DNA from: Acidobacteriota bacterium
GTDB lineage: Bacteria; Acidobacteriota; Blastocatellia; RBC074
DNA: 64,000 nt
Direction of reading: 5' to 3'
NCBI GenBank assembly: GCA_016196035.1
Contig: JACPYM010000070.1
Span: 3,334-67,333 of the forward strand
Shown here: positions 48,638-57,534 of the stretch, one piece after another
Numbering within the stretch: position 1 is the stretch's first letter
Layout: each line of letters opens with the position of its first letter
The notes under the pieces: model-generated
The model's input: only the letters and a program-made list of their open reading frames with translations
Told to the model about the DNA's origin: nothing
Databases searched by the model: none
Made by a program: the position numbers and the translations under genes

Positions 48638-49486
48638 TCAAATTACATCGGCAAAGGTGCGTTCAACGCGCCGGAAATACCAGGTGCCGGTGAGACACAG
48701 AATCAGCGTAAACATGATCGAGGCCAGCAAGCCGGGCCAGAAAATGGCTGATTGACCGCGCAACAATGCCCAGCGGAATCCGTCAATCACGCCAACCATC
48801 GGGTTGCAGGCATACACCAACCGCCAGGGGCCGGTGATCAGAGCGCTGCTAAACCCGACGGGAGAGACATACAAACCGAATTGCACCAGAAACGGGACGA
48901 TGTAGCGAAAGTCCCGATATTCGACATTCAATGCGCACAACCATAAGCCCGCGCCAAACGCTGCGCCAAAGGCCAGCAGGATAAACAGCGGCAAGGTGAA
49001 CACACGCCAATCGGGCGCAAATTGATACCACACCATCAGCGCTGCCATCAGGATGAGCGTAATCAAAAAGTCTACGAAAGAGGTAATCACAGAGCTGGCC
49101 GGGACGATCAAGCGCGGGAAATAGATTTTTGAAATCAGGTTGGCATTGCCGATCAAACTGTTGCTTGATTCGCTCAAGGCGGTCGAAAAGAATTGCCAGG
49201 GCAACATGGCGGCAAAGACCAGCAACGGATAAGGCAGATCGCCGGGCGCGGGCAGCTTGGCGACTTTGCTAAACACGACGGTGAAAACGACCATCGTCAA
49301 AAATGGACGAATCAGCGCCCAGGCAATGCCAATGACGGTTTGTTTATACCGAACCAGAATGTCGCGCCACGCCAGAAAGTAAAACAATTCGCGGTACCGC
49401 CACAGATCGCGCCAATAATTTTTGTGGGCGCGACCCGGTTCCAAAATCAAATCGAATTGTTCGGGTGTTTCTATGATGGCGGACAT
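48638..49486 (-). CDS. wzm: ABC-2 type polysaccharide export permease Wzm
   Basis: YRELFYFLAWRDILVRYKQTVIGIAWALIRP signature with 6 TM helices. Confidence 0.9.
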   Translation of the reverse strand: MSAIIETPEQFDLILEPGRAHKNYWRDLWRYRELFYFLAWRDILVRYKQTVIGIAWALIRPFLTMVVFTVVFSKVAKLPAPGDLPYPLLVFAAMLPWQFFSTALSESSNSLIGNANLISKIYFPRLIVPASSVITSFVDFLITLILMAALMVWYQFAPDWRVFTLPLFILLAFGAAFGAGLWLCALNVEYRDFRYIVPFLVQFGLYVSPVGFSSALITGPWRLVYACNPMVGVIDGFRWALLRGQSAIFWPGLLASIMFTLILCLTGTWYFRRVERTFADVI

Positions 49487-49957
49487 GTTAATGGCGGGGT
49501 TGTTGTGCTAAACGCAAAACGGCGCGCGAATGGTTGGCGCGAAGCCGCATATTCGCAACAAAGGCATTGTTGCAGCGGCTACGATTTGCCGAGGACGCTG
49601 CCGGGAAAGCTCGCCCAGCGTGTTTATGTCAGGCTGCGACGGTTTCTGGAAGGTAGTAGCGACGCCAACCGATGGGCAGACAAATCCTCTGCTAGAAACC
49701 TTCTAAGGAAACCTCGTGACGAGGCAGCTTCGAATTTTGAAAATGAGTTTGGTGCACTCTGTTCCAGAGTGCTATTACAATCTTACCGTACCTAATAGAT
49801 TTTCAATCCCGTTTCACCCTTTTCACCGGACGCAGGGCAGGCAGAAGAGAAATCCATTATTGCTATTCAACAACAAAGCTAAAAATCAAACTCCCAGATC
49901 GAAGTCTCGCCTTACCCAATCTGTCAGTTCTCATTAACTACTGAAAAATGATTTTAG

Positions 49958-50072
49958 GAATGAACTGGAAATAACTCTGCCTAACCACGGTGGGCATGGG
50001 CACAAGGAGGAAATCAAACAGTCTGAGAGGGGCTTTCCCCGTGCCCCCGGTGTTCCCCGTGGTTGATTTGGC
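49958..50072. repeat. Copy 2 of the ~120-bp structured intergenic repeat (hairpin core ccacggtgggcatgggcac ... gtgcccccggtgttccccgtgg)
   Basis: It shares ordered motifs with 1441-1572. It lies inside the 1.1-kb AT-rich leader upstream of wzm. Confidence 0.6.
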
Positions 50073-50627
50073 AGTGTTGTTTTCAAGCCATTCCTGAGTG
50101 GAATTGGGATGTTTGCCATTTTGTCATAGCAACCTGCACCTCACTCCGACTAGCCAAACCACGTGACAAATCCAATTGACTTGCCTGAAGCTAACTTATC
50201 AATCCTGGAGGATCTGCAAATAGCACTGTTGAGAAAATACTACTGGTATTTGTACTTACCGTTGATTGAATATCACGATAGCTCAACACCTTATCGAACA
50301 TCAAGCATTAAAGATCACCCGCTCCCAACTTCCATTGTAGTAAGTTGAATCAGGCACATCGAAGATTGATCAGATAACCAGATTACACATGACACACGCT
50401 GGTAAGGTAAGCCAAAACTAAACCAATACCTTAAATTGGTTATGAGGATGGGGATGATGTGAGTTACAAAAGATATTCGAAAGGTGAATCGAATTGATTA
50501 AGCTAAGCACCGAGATATTTATAGCATTCAACATTTCTTCCGTCAACAGTGCCTCACATGTAACACTCGGCAGCTATCATTCAAAGGTGACTGAGTTTAT
50601 ACCCAACACAGGCAACAATCCCGCATT

Positions 50628-51689
50628 TCATACACGTAAAGATGGCTCTCGCATTGCCAATTCGGTGTCGCTGAAGCTGCCTGCTGCTTTGCGGCGCACC
50701 CGTAGTACGGCAATTTTGGTCGCGTGATTGAACGGTGCAGGATCAGTCACTGTTGACGCGGTTCTCGCGGTTTCATAGCCTGCGCAATCCAACGGGACTG
50801 TGAGCAATTCTTCGACAGCCAGATACCCGTCGGCGCAAAGCGCCTGCAAGACGCGCAGATACTCGCCGCCACTAACATAAAGTGCATTGTTGATGGCGAC
50901 CAGCCAGCCGCCATCGTTGATCAGCGGACGCACTTTGTTAATCAGCCGGGCGAAGTTGTTTTCGGTGTCAACCACTCCTTTGGCTGTGGCGGCAAAAAAT
51001 GGCGGATCGAGAAAGACGCCATCGAAGCGTGTCTTTTCACGATTCAGGCGGCTGATCAAGGGCCAGAAATCTCCGGCCAGAAAGTCTCGCCGGTCAATCG
51101 AAAACCCGTTTAACATACAGGAGGTTTTCGCCACATTCAGAAACTCGCGCTTGAGATCGAGTTGCACCACGCGCGCTGCCCCGCCCGCCCGCGCGGCAAT
51201 CCCCAAACTGCCGGTGTAAGCAAACGTGTTGAGCACGCTTTTTCCCCGCACGTTGCGCAAGGCCCATTCACGCACGTTGCGCGTATCCAGATAAAAGCCG
51301 GCATCCTGATTCAGCCGAACATCCAGTGCGTACCATACGCCGTGTTCACGTACCTTGCGGCAAGGCTGGGTGCCGTACAGCAACCGCCCGTTGCGCGCTT
51401 CGGCACTTTCGGCATTGCGTTGTTTGAGGACTATGGCTCGCAGCCAAGGCAAACGCGCCTGATAAAACTGCTGGGCCTGCCGCACGGCAGCGCTTGCCGT
51501 TTCAGGCCGTTCGGCATAATCGTGCAGCACCAGGGTTTGTGCATACAGATCAGCCACCAAGGCAGGCCAACCCTCACTAAAGCCATTGAACAAACGGAAG
51601 GCGGTTTGATGGCGTTCCTCGAATAAGCCGGCGCGCGCCGATAAGGCAGCGCCCAGGCACGCTTCAAGCGTAGTTATGATTTCAGTCAT
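50628..51689 (-). CDS. RlmI/RlmK-like class I SAM-dependent (rRNA m5C-type) methyltransferase
   Basis: N-terminal FRLFNGFSEGWPALVADLYAQTLVLH (RlmI-like PUA/EEHEE region), then a Rossmann MTase region (VLNTFAYTGSLGIAAR...VFLDPP). Confidence 0.6.
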   Translation of the reverse strand: MTEIITTLEACLGAALSARAGLFEERHQTAFRLFNGFSEGWPALVADLYAQTLVLHDYAERPETASAAVRQAQQFYQARLPWLRAIVLKQRNAESAEARNGRLLYGTQPCRKVREHGVWYALDVRLNQDAGFYLDTRNVREWALRNVRGKSVLNTFAYTGSLGIAARAGGAARVVQLDLKREFLNVAKTSCMLNGFSIDRRDFLAGDFWPLISRLNREKTRFDGVFLDPPFFAATAKGVVDTENNFARLINKVRPLINDGGWLVAINNALYVSGGEYLRVLQALCADGYLAVEELLTVPLDCAGYETARTASTVTDPAPFNHATKIAVLRVRRKAAGSFSDTELAMREPSLRV

Positions 51690-51749
51690 GTGGCGGGAAG
51701 GTAACAGTTGAGGCTGAGCGCGGCAACCCTAGCTTTCAGGCAAAAGCTT

Positions 51750-53183
51750 TCAGGCAAACAAATCAGTCACGGGTTTGAACCCAACGTATTTCGTGCCTGA
51801 CGCCGGTTCGACGTAATGAAACGCGCGGCCCGACGGCGTGTTGTCAATCCGCTTCGTCCAATCAATGCCGAGCGCCGAATAGATCGTGCAGGCGATGTCT
51901 TCCATATAAATCGGGCGCTGGCCCGACCAACCGGCTTCGACAATCTGACCGCCCGCCGCGTCGGTTTTGCCGATGACCGCGCCGCGCCGCACGCCGCCGC
52001 CCACGAACATGCCGCAATGCGCCTGCATGTAATGCTCACGGCCTTTGCGCGTTTCGCTGATAGAGCCAGGTGTGCGGCCAAATTCGCTCATGGCAATGAC
52101 CAGCGTTTCATCGAGCAGCGTCTTACCCGGCGTGTCTGGCGACGGAATCGCGTCCATGTCTTTCAGAAAGCTGCTGAAGGCGGCGTCCAGTTCTTTGATC
52201 AAGGCCGGATGGTTGCGCGCGCCTTCTTTGTAGATATTAGCGTGATGATCCCAGCCGCCGTGGCTGGCCATAATGAAGCGCGTCCCAGCGTCGGCTTTGA
52301 AGAGATTGCGCGCCAGGATCAGGCAATTGCCGATGCTGCTGTTGCCATAGCGTTTTTTATCGGCGCCGTCGAGCGCCATCACTTCGGGCACGCGCGGGTC
52401 GTTCATAATCGCCCACGCGCCGCGATAGTAATCTTGATAATCGGCGTAGCTGCGATCCGCCGCGCCGCCGCCGCGCAAGCTTTGATCGAGTTGCTGCAAC
52501 CGTTCCCAACGGCGTTTGAAGGTTTCTTCCATGCCTTTCTGCGGCGCGAGATTGGGCGGCGCATCCCCCACGGCCAAACTCATCGGGCCGAATTCGGCGG
52601 ACATAAAGCCTTGGTTAATCAAACCAGCCTGATTGCCCGCCAGATTCATCGCCACATAAGCAGGCAGCGAATCAGTTGCCTTGCGTTGTTTCGCCAATTC
52701 GTAGCACACCACCGCGCCGATGGCCGGAACCTCTTTGGACAGCGCCAGATTGAGCGGATGGCCGGTCTGAATGTAATACTGCGCGCGCCCATGCACGACA
52801 TCCCAGGCGGCCATACTGCGCACAATGGTCAGCTTGTCGAGCACGCTCGGCAAATTCGGCATCAGGCCCACGGGCAATTTCAGATCATTGGGGAAGCTGC
52901 GAATGTCGAAATAGTTCGGCGTCCACGGCCCTTCTTTGGCGTCCAGCGTATCCACCTGGCTCATGCCGCCATCGAGATTGAGAAACAAAACCTGCCGAGC
53001 CGTCGCGCGCGGTTGGGCTTTCTGTGCGGCGCGCACGTTGATGGGGCGAAAGGCGTTGAGATAACCGCCGATTAAACTGACGCCGCCGACACTTAGCAAT
53101 TCGCGGCGGGTGAGTGTGGGAATGTTGCGAGCGTTGTGTTGCATGACTTGTTCAACCACTATCGGAGACTGCATTTTTGCCAT
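51750..53183 (-). CDS. DUF1501 domain protein (sulfatase-like fold) with a twin-arginine (Tat) signal peptide
   Basis: Tat motif TRRELLSVGGVSLIGG and the family hallmark MSEFGRTP. Confidence 0.9.
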   Translation of the reverse strand: MAKMQSPIVVEQVMQHNARNIPTLTRRELLSVGGVSLIGGYLNAFRPINVRAAQKAQPRATARQVLFLNLDGGMSQVDTLDAKEGPWTPNYFDIRSFPNDLKLPVGLMPNLPSVLDKLTIVRSMAAWDVVHGRAQYYIQTGHPLNLALSKEVPAIGAVVCYELAKQRKATDSLPAYVAMNLAGNQAGLINQGFMSAEFGPMSLAVGDAPPNLAPQKGMEETFKRRWERLQQLDQSLRGGGAADRSYADYQDYYRGAWAIMNDPRVPEVMALDGADKKRYGNSSIGNCLILARNLFKADAGTRFIMASHGGWDHHANIYKEGARNHPALIKELDAAFSSFLKDMDAIPSPDTPGKTLLDETLVIAMSEFGRTPGSISETRKGREHYMQAHCGMFVGGGVRRGAVIGKTDAAGGQIVEAGWSGQRPIYMEDIACTIYSALGIDWTKRIDNTPSGRAFHYVEPASGTKYVGFKPVTDLFA

Positions 53184-53192
53184 TCACACGTC

Positions 53193-53456
53193 TCAAGCAG
53201 CCAACGAAACGACGCTGACTTGCCGTGAGACCGCATGCTTGCCCGGATGCGCCAAGATGTCATCAATCAATAGCGAAGTTTCCGGTTCATAATAACTCTC
53301 ACCGCAACTCGCGCATTGGCGCAACGGCAAGTTTTCGATGATGACGGCCCTCGCGCCTTTCCCAAAAAGCTTATCCTTGTAAACGGTGCGCACGCCCGGC
53401 GTACCGCAAACGGCGCATGGCTCAAGCACCTGTTCGATATTCAACGGCTCATTCAT
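53193..53456 (-). CDS. YgiT-type zinc-ribbon protein (MqsA-like N-terminal domain), putative antitoxin-like partner
   Basis: CAVCGT ... CASCGESYY, 87 aa. It overlaps the upstream DUF4258 gene by 8 bp. Confidence 0.55.
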   Translation of the reverse strand: MNEPLNIEQVLEPCAVCGTPGVRTVYKDKLFGKGARAVIIENLPLRQCASCGESYYEPETSLLIDDILAHPGKHAVSRQVSVVSLAA

Positions 53457-53748
53457 AATCAGTAATCCTCAACCTGTAGCCGGTGATCACGAAGACGTTG
53501 CGACAGTCCGTCAGCTTCACCACGACGGCCATTTCCGCGCCCGCCACCGTATCACCGTAAACAACATATTTGTTTTCAGCGCGCTTGAGATCATATTGCT
53601 CTTCGACGATTTCGCCTGTTAAAAGGCACTGTATGACATCCTGAAACACAAAACCATCATCATCCAACTCGTCTCTGGCATGCTCCGACAGATAAATGCG
53701 CTTGACGCGTGCCGCAGCCTGCATCTCTGCCAACAAGGATTGAAACAT
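53449..53748 (-). CDS. DUF4258 domain protein (putative toxin-like partner)
   Basis: EHARDELDDDGFVFQDVIQCLLTGEIVEE...VFVITGYR, 99 aa. Its stop is 1 bp from the DUF1549 gene. Confidence 0.55.
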   Translation of the reverse strand: MFQSLLAEMQAAARVKRIYLSEHARDELDDDGFVFQDVIQCLLTGEIVEEQYDLKRAENKYVVYGDTVAGAEMAVVVKLTDCRNVFVITGYRLRITDYE

Positions 53749-53749
53749 C

Positions 53750-55609
53750 TCAGTAGTTGAAGACGAAATCGAGTTTGTTCACCAATCCCCACTGCAAATC
53801 CTCCGCCCCTTGCTTCCTGTCTTGCGCCAGCCACGTCAGCGCCAACTCTTTCTCCTGCGCCAGCGGATAACGCGAGAGCGTCGCCAGATACAGCGCCTCA
53901 ACAATCTCGGCATTGCTTTTCGGCGATTTCACCAACTGTTCGACCAGGCTGCCATTGGCCGCCTGCACGCGCTTCGTCACAAACGGGCTGTTCATCAGCA
54001 TCATCGCCTGCAAGATCGAGCCGCCCGGCTGGCGGTCGAATTGCTCGCGGTTGGCTTGGCCGAAGGTGCGCAGGAAGCTTTTGGCCTCGCCGTTGTTGAT
54101 GTCTTCGGGCGAAGCCGCTTCCGTCCAGAAATGCGCGGGCGCAATCGGCGTCTCATAAGTCCAGTCGCGGCGTTTGTAATCGCCAAAAACCAGCGTGGCC
54201 TGCGTGATGGCGTCGTGCATCTGCTCCGCCGTCAGTTGGCGGATGAAGTGACGCGCGAAATAGGGCGTGTAGGCTTCTTTCCACGCGCCCTCAAACCGCG
54301 AAGAGAGTTGATAGGCTTGCGACCGCACGAGCGTGCGCATCAGGTATTTCAAGCTGAACTTGTGCGCGGCGAAATCGCGCGCCAGCGCATCCAGCAGGGT
54401 CGCATTGCTCGGCTGGCACGTCCACGGCGCGGGCAGTTGCGCTTGCGGGTCTTGCCGCGCCAGATCAAACGAATCCACCGGATCAACGATGCCGAGGCCG
54501 AAAAACTGTTTCCAGATCAGGTTGACTGTGGCGCGCGCGAATTGCGGGTGCGTGGTGAGCATGCGGGCGAATTGCGGGCGCAGCGGTTTGCTCAGATCGG
54601 CCTTTTCGCCCGTCAACATAAACGCCGGCTGAATCTCGCCGCCACCGTCGCGTTGCAAGCGCACCTGGCTCCAGCCTTTGGTGTTGTAGCCGTCGCCGTC
54701 TTCGGTGACAGTGTAACGATCCTGGTACGGCACGACGCGCACGCGCATCTGGCCGAAGAAGGCGGACATGGCCCACAGATCGCGGCGCTTCTTGGCGACC
54801 AAATCCAGGCTGACCTTTTCCAAAAAGCCCTTGCCGCCGTGGCACGAGATGCATTGGTAATTCGTGCCCAGAAACAGGCGCGCGGCATTGACGGTGATCT
54901 CGTCCGCCGTGTCTTCGAAATTGTCGTCATACATCGTCGCGCCCGTGATGTGCCAGCGCGTGATAAAGCCTGAGGCCGCTGCATCCGGCATCCAATTCGT
55001 ATTCGGCGCACTGGCCGTCAGCATCTCGGTCACAAACTGGTCATACGGTTTGTCGTCTTTGAATGACTGCCGAATCCAGGCGTCGAAATGTTTGAGCGTC
55101 GGGTTGCCGATGCGATTGCCGCAATTGCGCACCAGATCGCCGTACCAATACGCCCAATGATCAACCCAGCCCCGGCTCTCAATCAGTTCATCAATCAGTT
55201 TGTCGCGTTTATCGGGCGCAGCGCTGGCTACGAAGCCGTTCAATTGTTCAGGCGTCGGAATGCGTCCGGTCAGATCGAGATAGACGCGGCGGCAGAATTC
55301 GTAATCGTTGGTCGGCGGCGCGTGCGGGATGGCGTCGCGCTGCATCGCGCCGAACAGATGTTGGTCAATGAAATTGCGCGGCACGGCGAGTTGCACGGGC
55401 GCGCTGGCGGGCGGCAATTTGGCGGCGACCGCGCGGGTCAATTCGCCGACCTGCTTGGCGGGTTGCGCGGGCGCCAGCTTTTCCGGCGTGTGTTCGGCAG
55501 GAAAGCGCTGGCCCGCTTGTTGCGCCCGCATCGCAGCAGCGCCAAACCAGAGCGCCAGCGCAAACCAAAGCATGAGCATGGTTGTTTTGAGAGAGCGTCT
55601 GTCCCGCAT
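53750..55609 (-). CDS. DUF1549/DUF1553 (PSCyt-type) domain protein with a signal peptide
   Basis: 619 aa with the CISCHGG motif. It forms the canonical partner pair with the DUF1501 protein. Confidence 0.85.
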   Translation of the reverse strand: MRDRRSLKTTMLMLWFALALWFGAAAMRAQQAGQRFPAEHTPEKLAPAQPAKQVGELTRAVAAKLPPASAPVQLAVPRNFIDQHLFGAMQRDAIPHAPPTNDYEFCRRVYLDLTGRIPTPEQLNGFVASAAPDKRDKLIDELIESRGWVDHWAYWYGDLVRNCGNRIGNPTLKHFDAWIRQSFKDDKPYDQFVTEMLTASAPNTNWMPDAAASGFITRWHITGATMYDDNFEDTADEITVNAARLFLGTNYQCISCHGGKGFLEKVSLDLVAKKRRDLWAMSAFFGQMRVRVVPYQDRYTVTEDGDGYNTKGWSQVRLQRDGGGEIQPAFMLTGEKADLSKPLRPQFARMLTTHPQFARATVNLIWKQFFGLGIVDPVDSFDLARQDPQAQLPAPWTCQPSNATLLDALARDFAAHKFSLKYLMRTLVRSQAYQLSSRFEGAWKEAYTPYFARHFIRQLTAEQMHDAITQATLVFGDYKRRDWTYETPIAPAHFWTEAASPEDINNGEAKSFLRTFGQANREQFDRQPGGSILQAMMLMNSPFVTKRVQAANGSLVEQLVKSPKSNAEIVEALYLATLSRYPLAQEKELALTWLAQDRKQGAEDLQWGLVNKLDFVFNY

Positions 55610-55773
55610 ATTGAGCCTCTTGCTGTCCGTCTGTTTGATGGGTTGGCAGGAATGCCGCCCCTTTGCTGTGGCAATGGTATGTATTCAGCGGCGCACGTCA
55701 ACCGCGCGCGCACTAATTCGGCAGAAACTACAGGGCTTTTGCAAAGTCGCCAGCGAGCGCGCTCGAACGGTTT

Positions 55774-55878
55774 GACTGACTCCTGATTCCAGGTTCCTGA
55801 TTCCTGACCAACTGAAAATATCGGCTGATTTTCAATTGGTCAGGAATCAGGGGTCAGGAATCGGGAGTCAGTCATAGG
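55774..55878. repeat. Long imperfect hairpin of ~105 nt (gactgactcctgattcc...cctgattcctgaccaa / ttggtcaggaatcagg...ggaatcgggagtcagtc) with a palindromic loop (tgaaaat...attttca)
   Basis: Read directly. It lies in the intergenic region upstream of the DUF1549 gene. Confidence 0.8.
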
Positions 55879-55961
55879 TCTTTGGCGGATGTTTTGAGGG
55901 CTTTGCAAAAGCCCTGGCAGAAACTGGCGCGGCGCGCGCCACCAGCGCCAACGGCAACTGA

Positions 55962-56045
55962 CGCAAAAGAGCATGGAGTTCGAGTTTCAGCTTGTGTTGG
56001 AGCATCTGCACACAAACTGAAACTCGAACTCCATGCTCTTTTGCG
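55962..56045. repeat. Near-perfect 84-nt hairpin with 36-bp arms and one mismatch (cgcaaaagagcatggagttcgagtttcagcttgtgt ... acacaaactgaaactcgaactccatgctcttttgcg)
   Basis: Read directly. It lies ~180 bp downstream of the 56229..56720 gene on the minus strand. Confidence 0.85.
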
Positions 56046-56228
56046 CTAGTCCTGGCTTGTTACATTGACGCTTGAGACCGCGTTGGACAACCGCGCGGCC
56101 AAACGTAGCCGTACTCGCCCGCAGGCCACTCCGCCCGCGCTGTCTGCCTTCGACCCGCCGAATTGCTCTTCATAAGGTCGTTAGCTCGAAACGGCGACAC
56201 GCCAGCACCGGCTGAAAAACCACTCGAC

Positions 56229-56720
56229 TCACAGCAGATGTTTGAAAGCCTCGCCTGCAACCTGCACTTCGGCGATCTCTTTCTCACCGGCGGCGTTGGT
56301 GCGCAACGTGATCTTTGTGTTGCGCACTGCTTTGGTGACGGGTTCGATCTTGCAATTGAGCCGGGCGACTTCTTTGCCAACAGGTGTGTTGCCCATTTTG
56401 TACCCCGCCGGCATATTCATTTCCTTGAAGATGATGACGTGACTGCTGCCTTCCACCACGTGTTGCACCTGGTACATGCCGGGCTTCAAGACGTTGTCAC
56501 CGGCCTTGATTGGGGCAGTGAAATGCACCTCGCCTTTTTTGCCGTTGATGACTTCCTGCGCAGCCATTTTCTGATGGGCGTGCTGATCTTGCGCAAGTAT
56601 TGGCAGACCCAACAGCGCAACCGTTAGCAGCAGCAGTGCGGCAGCGGCGAATGTTTTGAGCGTGGCGTTGCTGGCCGTGGTCATTGTCTTAGGCGCGATT
56701 TGTTTACTTGTCGTGTTCAT
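56229..56720 (-). CDS. Secreted hypothetical protein with His/Met-rich segments, possibly copper-related
   Basis: Signal/TM segment (TLKTFAAAALLLLTVALLGLPILAQ) followed by DQHAHQKMAAQ. ATG 56720 has an AGGAGA RBS. It is adjacent to the multicopper-oxidase gene. Confidence 0.5.
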   Translation of the reverse strand: MNTTSKQIAPKTMTTASNATLKTFAAAALLLLTVALLGLPILAQDQHAHQKMAAQEVINGKKGEVHFTAPIKAGDNVLKPGMYQVQHVVEGSSHVIIFKEMNMPAGYKMGNTPVGKEVARLNCKIEPVTKAVRNTKITLRTNAAGEKEIAEVQVAGEAFKHLL

Positions 56721-56935
56721 GTTTTCTCCTCATTGAAATCTGGTTGTTGGTTATCTCATAACGGGCCGCGCTTGCGTGCACACGGTTGATAAATGATCAG
56801 TCTTCGCCTGCTTACTGGGCTATTTTCGTAGTGACTTAGTTCGTCATCGAACAACAGCGCCAGGAAAACAGCCGGGTCAGCACACGCGACGGCCTATCTC
56901 TTGCGAATGGTTTTACGGATGTGAGAGGGAGCGGC

Positions 56936-57391
56936 CTAGATCAGCCAACAGGAGAGCGCCAGATAAAGCGGACGTTGCAATGAGAGTGGTGAATTGCCTG
57001 CTACAACAGCGGCTTGATTGACACGCAACTGACAAACAATTGGCGGCGGCAACTCTGGCAAAACGGACTGGCTTGGCGTCAGCAACGTGACGCCTTCGGC
57101 TACTGGCTGCGGTTTTGCGCAGCACATTACGACTTGCTGAGTCGTTGATTGCTGTAAGCTGGCCTCAGCCTTGTTTGAGATTGCAGCGGCCTCGGCGGCA
57201 GCGTGGCAGGCTGAATGTGCGCTTTGGGCCGCGCCAAGCTGCGCCTTCCCGATAGGTTCGCAACAGCAGAACAAACCCGCCCACGCCTGCTGCGTAAGTA
57301 AGAGGGCGAAGAAAACCAAGCGCCCCAAGTCCCGCCAATGGCTCAGGCAAAGGCGTTGGTGAAAACCGGTTTGTACGATCTGCTGTTTCAA
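56936..57391 (-). CDS. Possible small Cys-rich secreted protein
   Basis: TTG start with a hydrophobic N-terminus and CCC/CC motifs. The region is GC-rich with several competing frames, so this call is weak. Confidence 0.25.
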   Translation of the reverse strand: MKQQIVQTGFHQRLCLSHWRDLGRLVFFALLLTQQAWAGLFCCCEPIGKAQLGAAQSAHSACHAAAEAAAISNKAEASLQQSTTQQVVMCCAKPQPVAEGVTLLTPSQSVLPELPPPIVCQLRVNQAAVVAGNSPLSLQRPLYLALSCWLI

Positions 57392-57534
57392 CGTTGCGAC
57401 CTCTTCTACTGATCAACGACTGCGTAAGAGTGCTTCACTTCAACTCACCAACCAACTTAGCAAGCGGCATTCCCAAGCACCAACGACCAGAAACTGCGTA
57501 GGATTCCGCGCAGGCGAGCGTGAAATCACGCTGC

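Noticed and set aside
49934-50727. Small ORFs in the AT-rich leader (49934..50119, 50163..50348, 50494..50727)
   Set aside because: They are short, their codon usage is unlike their neighbours, and they overlap the structured repeat. I treat the region as non-coding regulatory DNA.
51816-53075. 419-aa plus-strand ORF
   Set aside because: It is antisense to the DUF1501 gene. The translation is Arg/Ala-rich and shows no family features.
53810-54973. 387-aa plus-strand ORF
   Set aside because: It is antisense to the DUF1549/DUF1553 gene and is a low-complexity shadow ORF.
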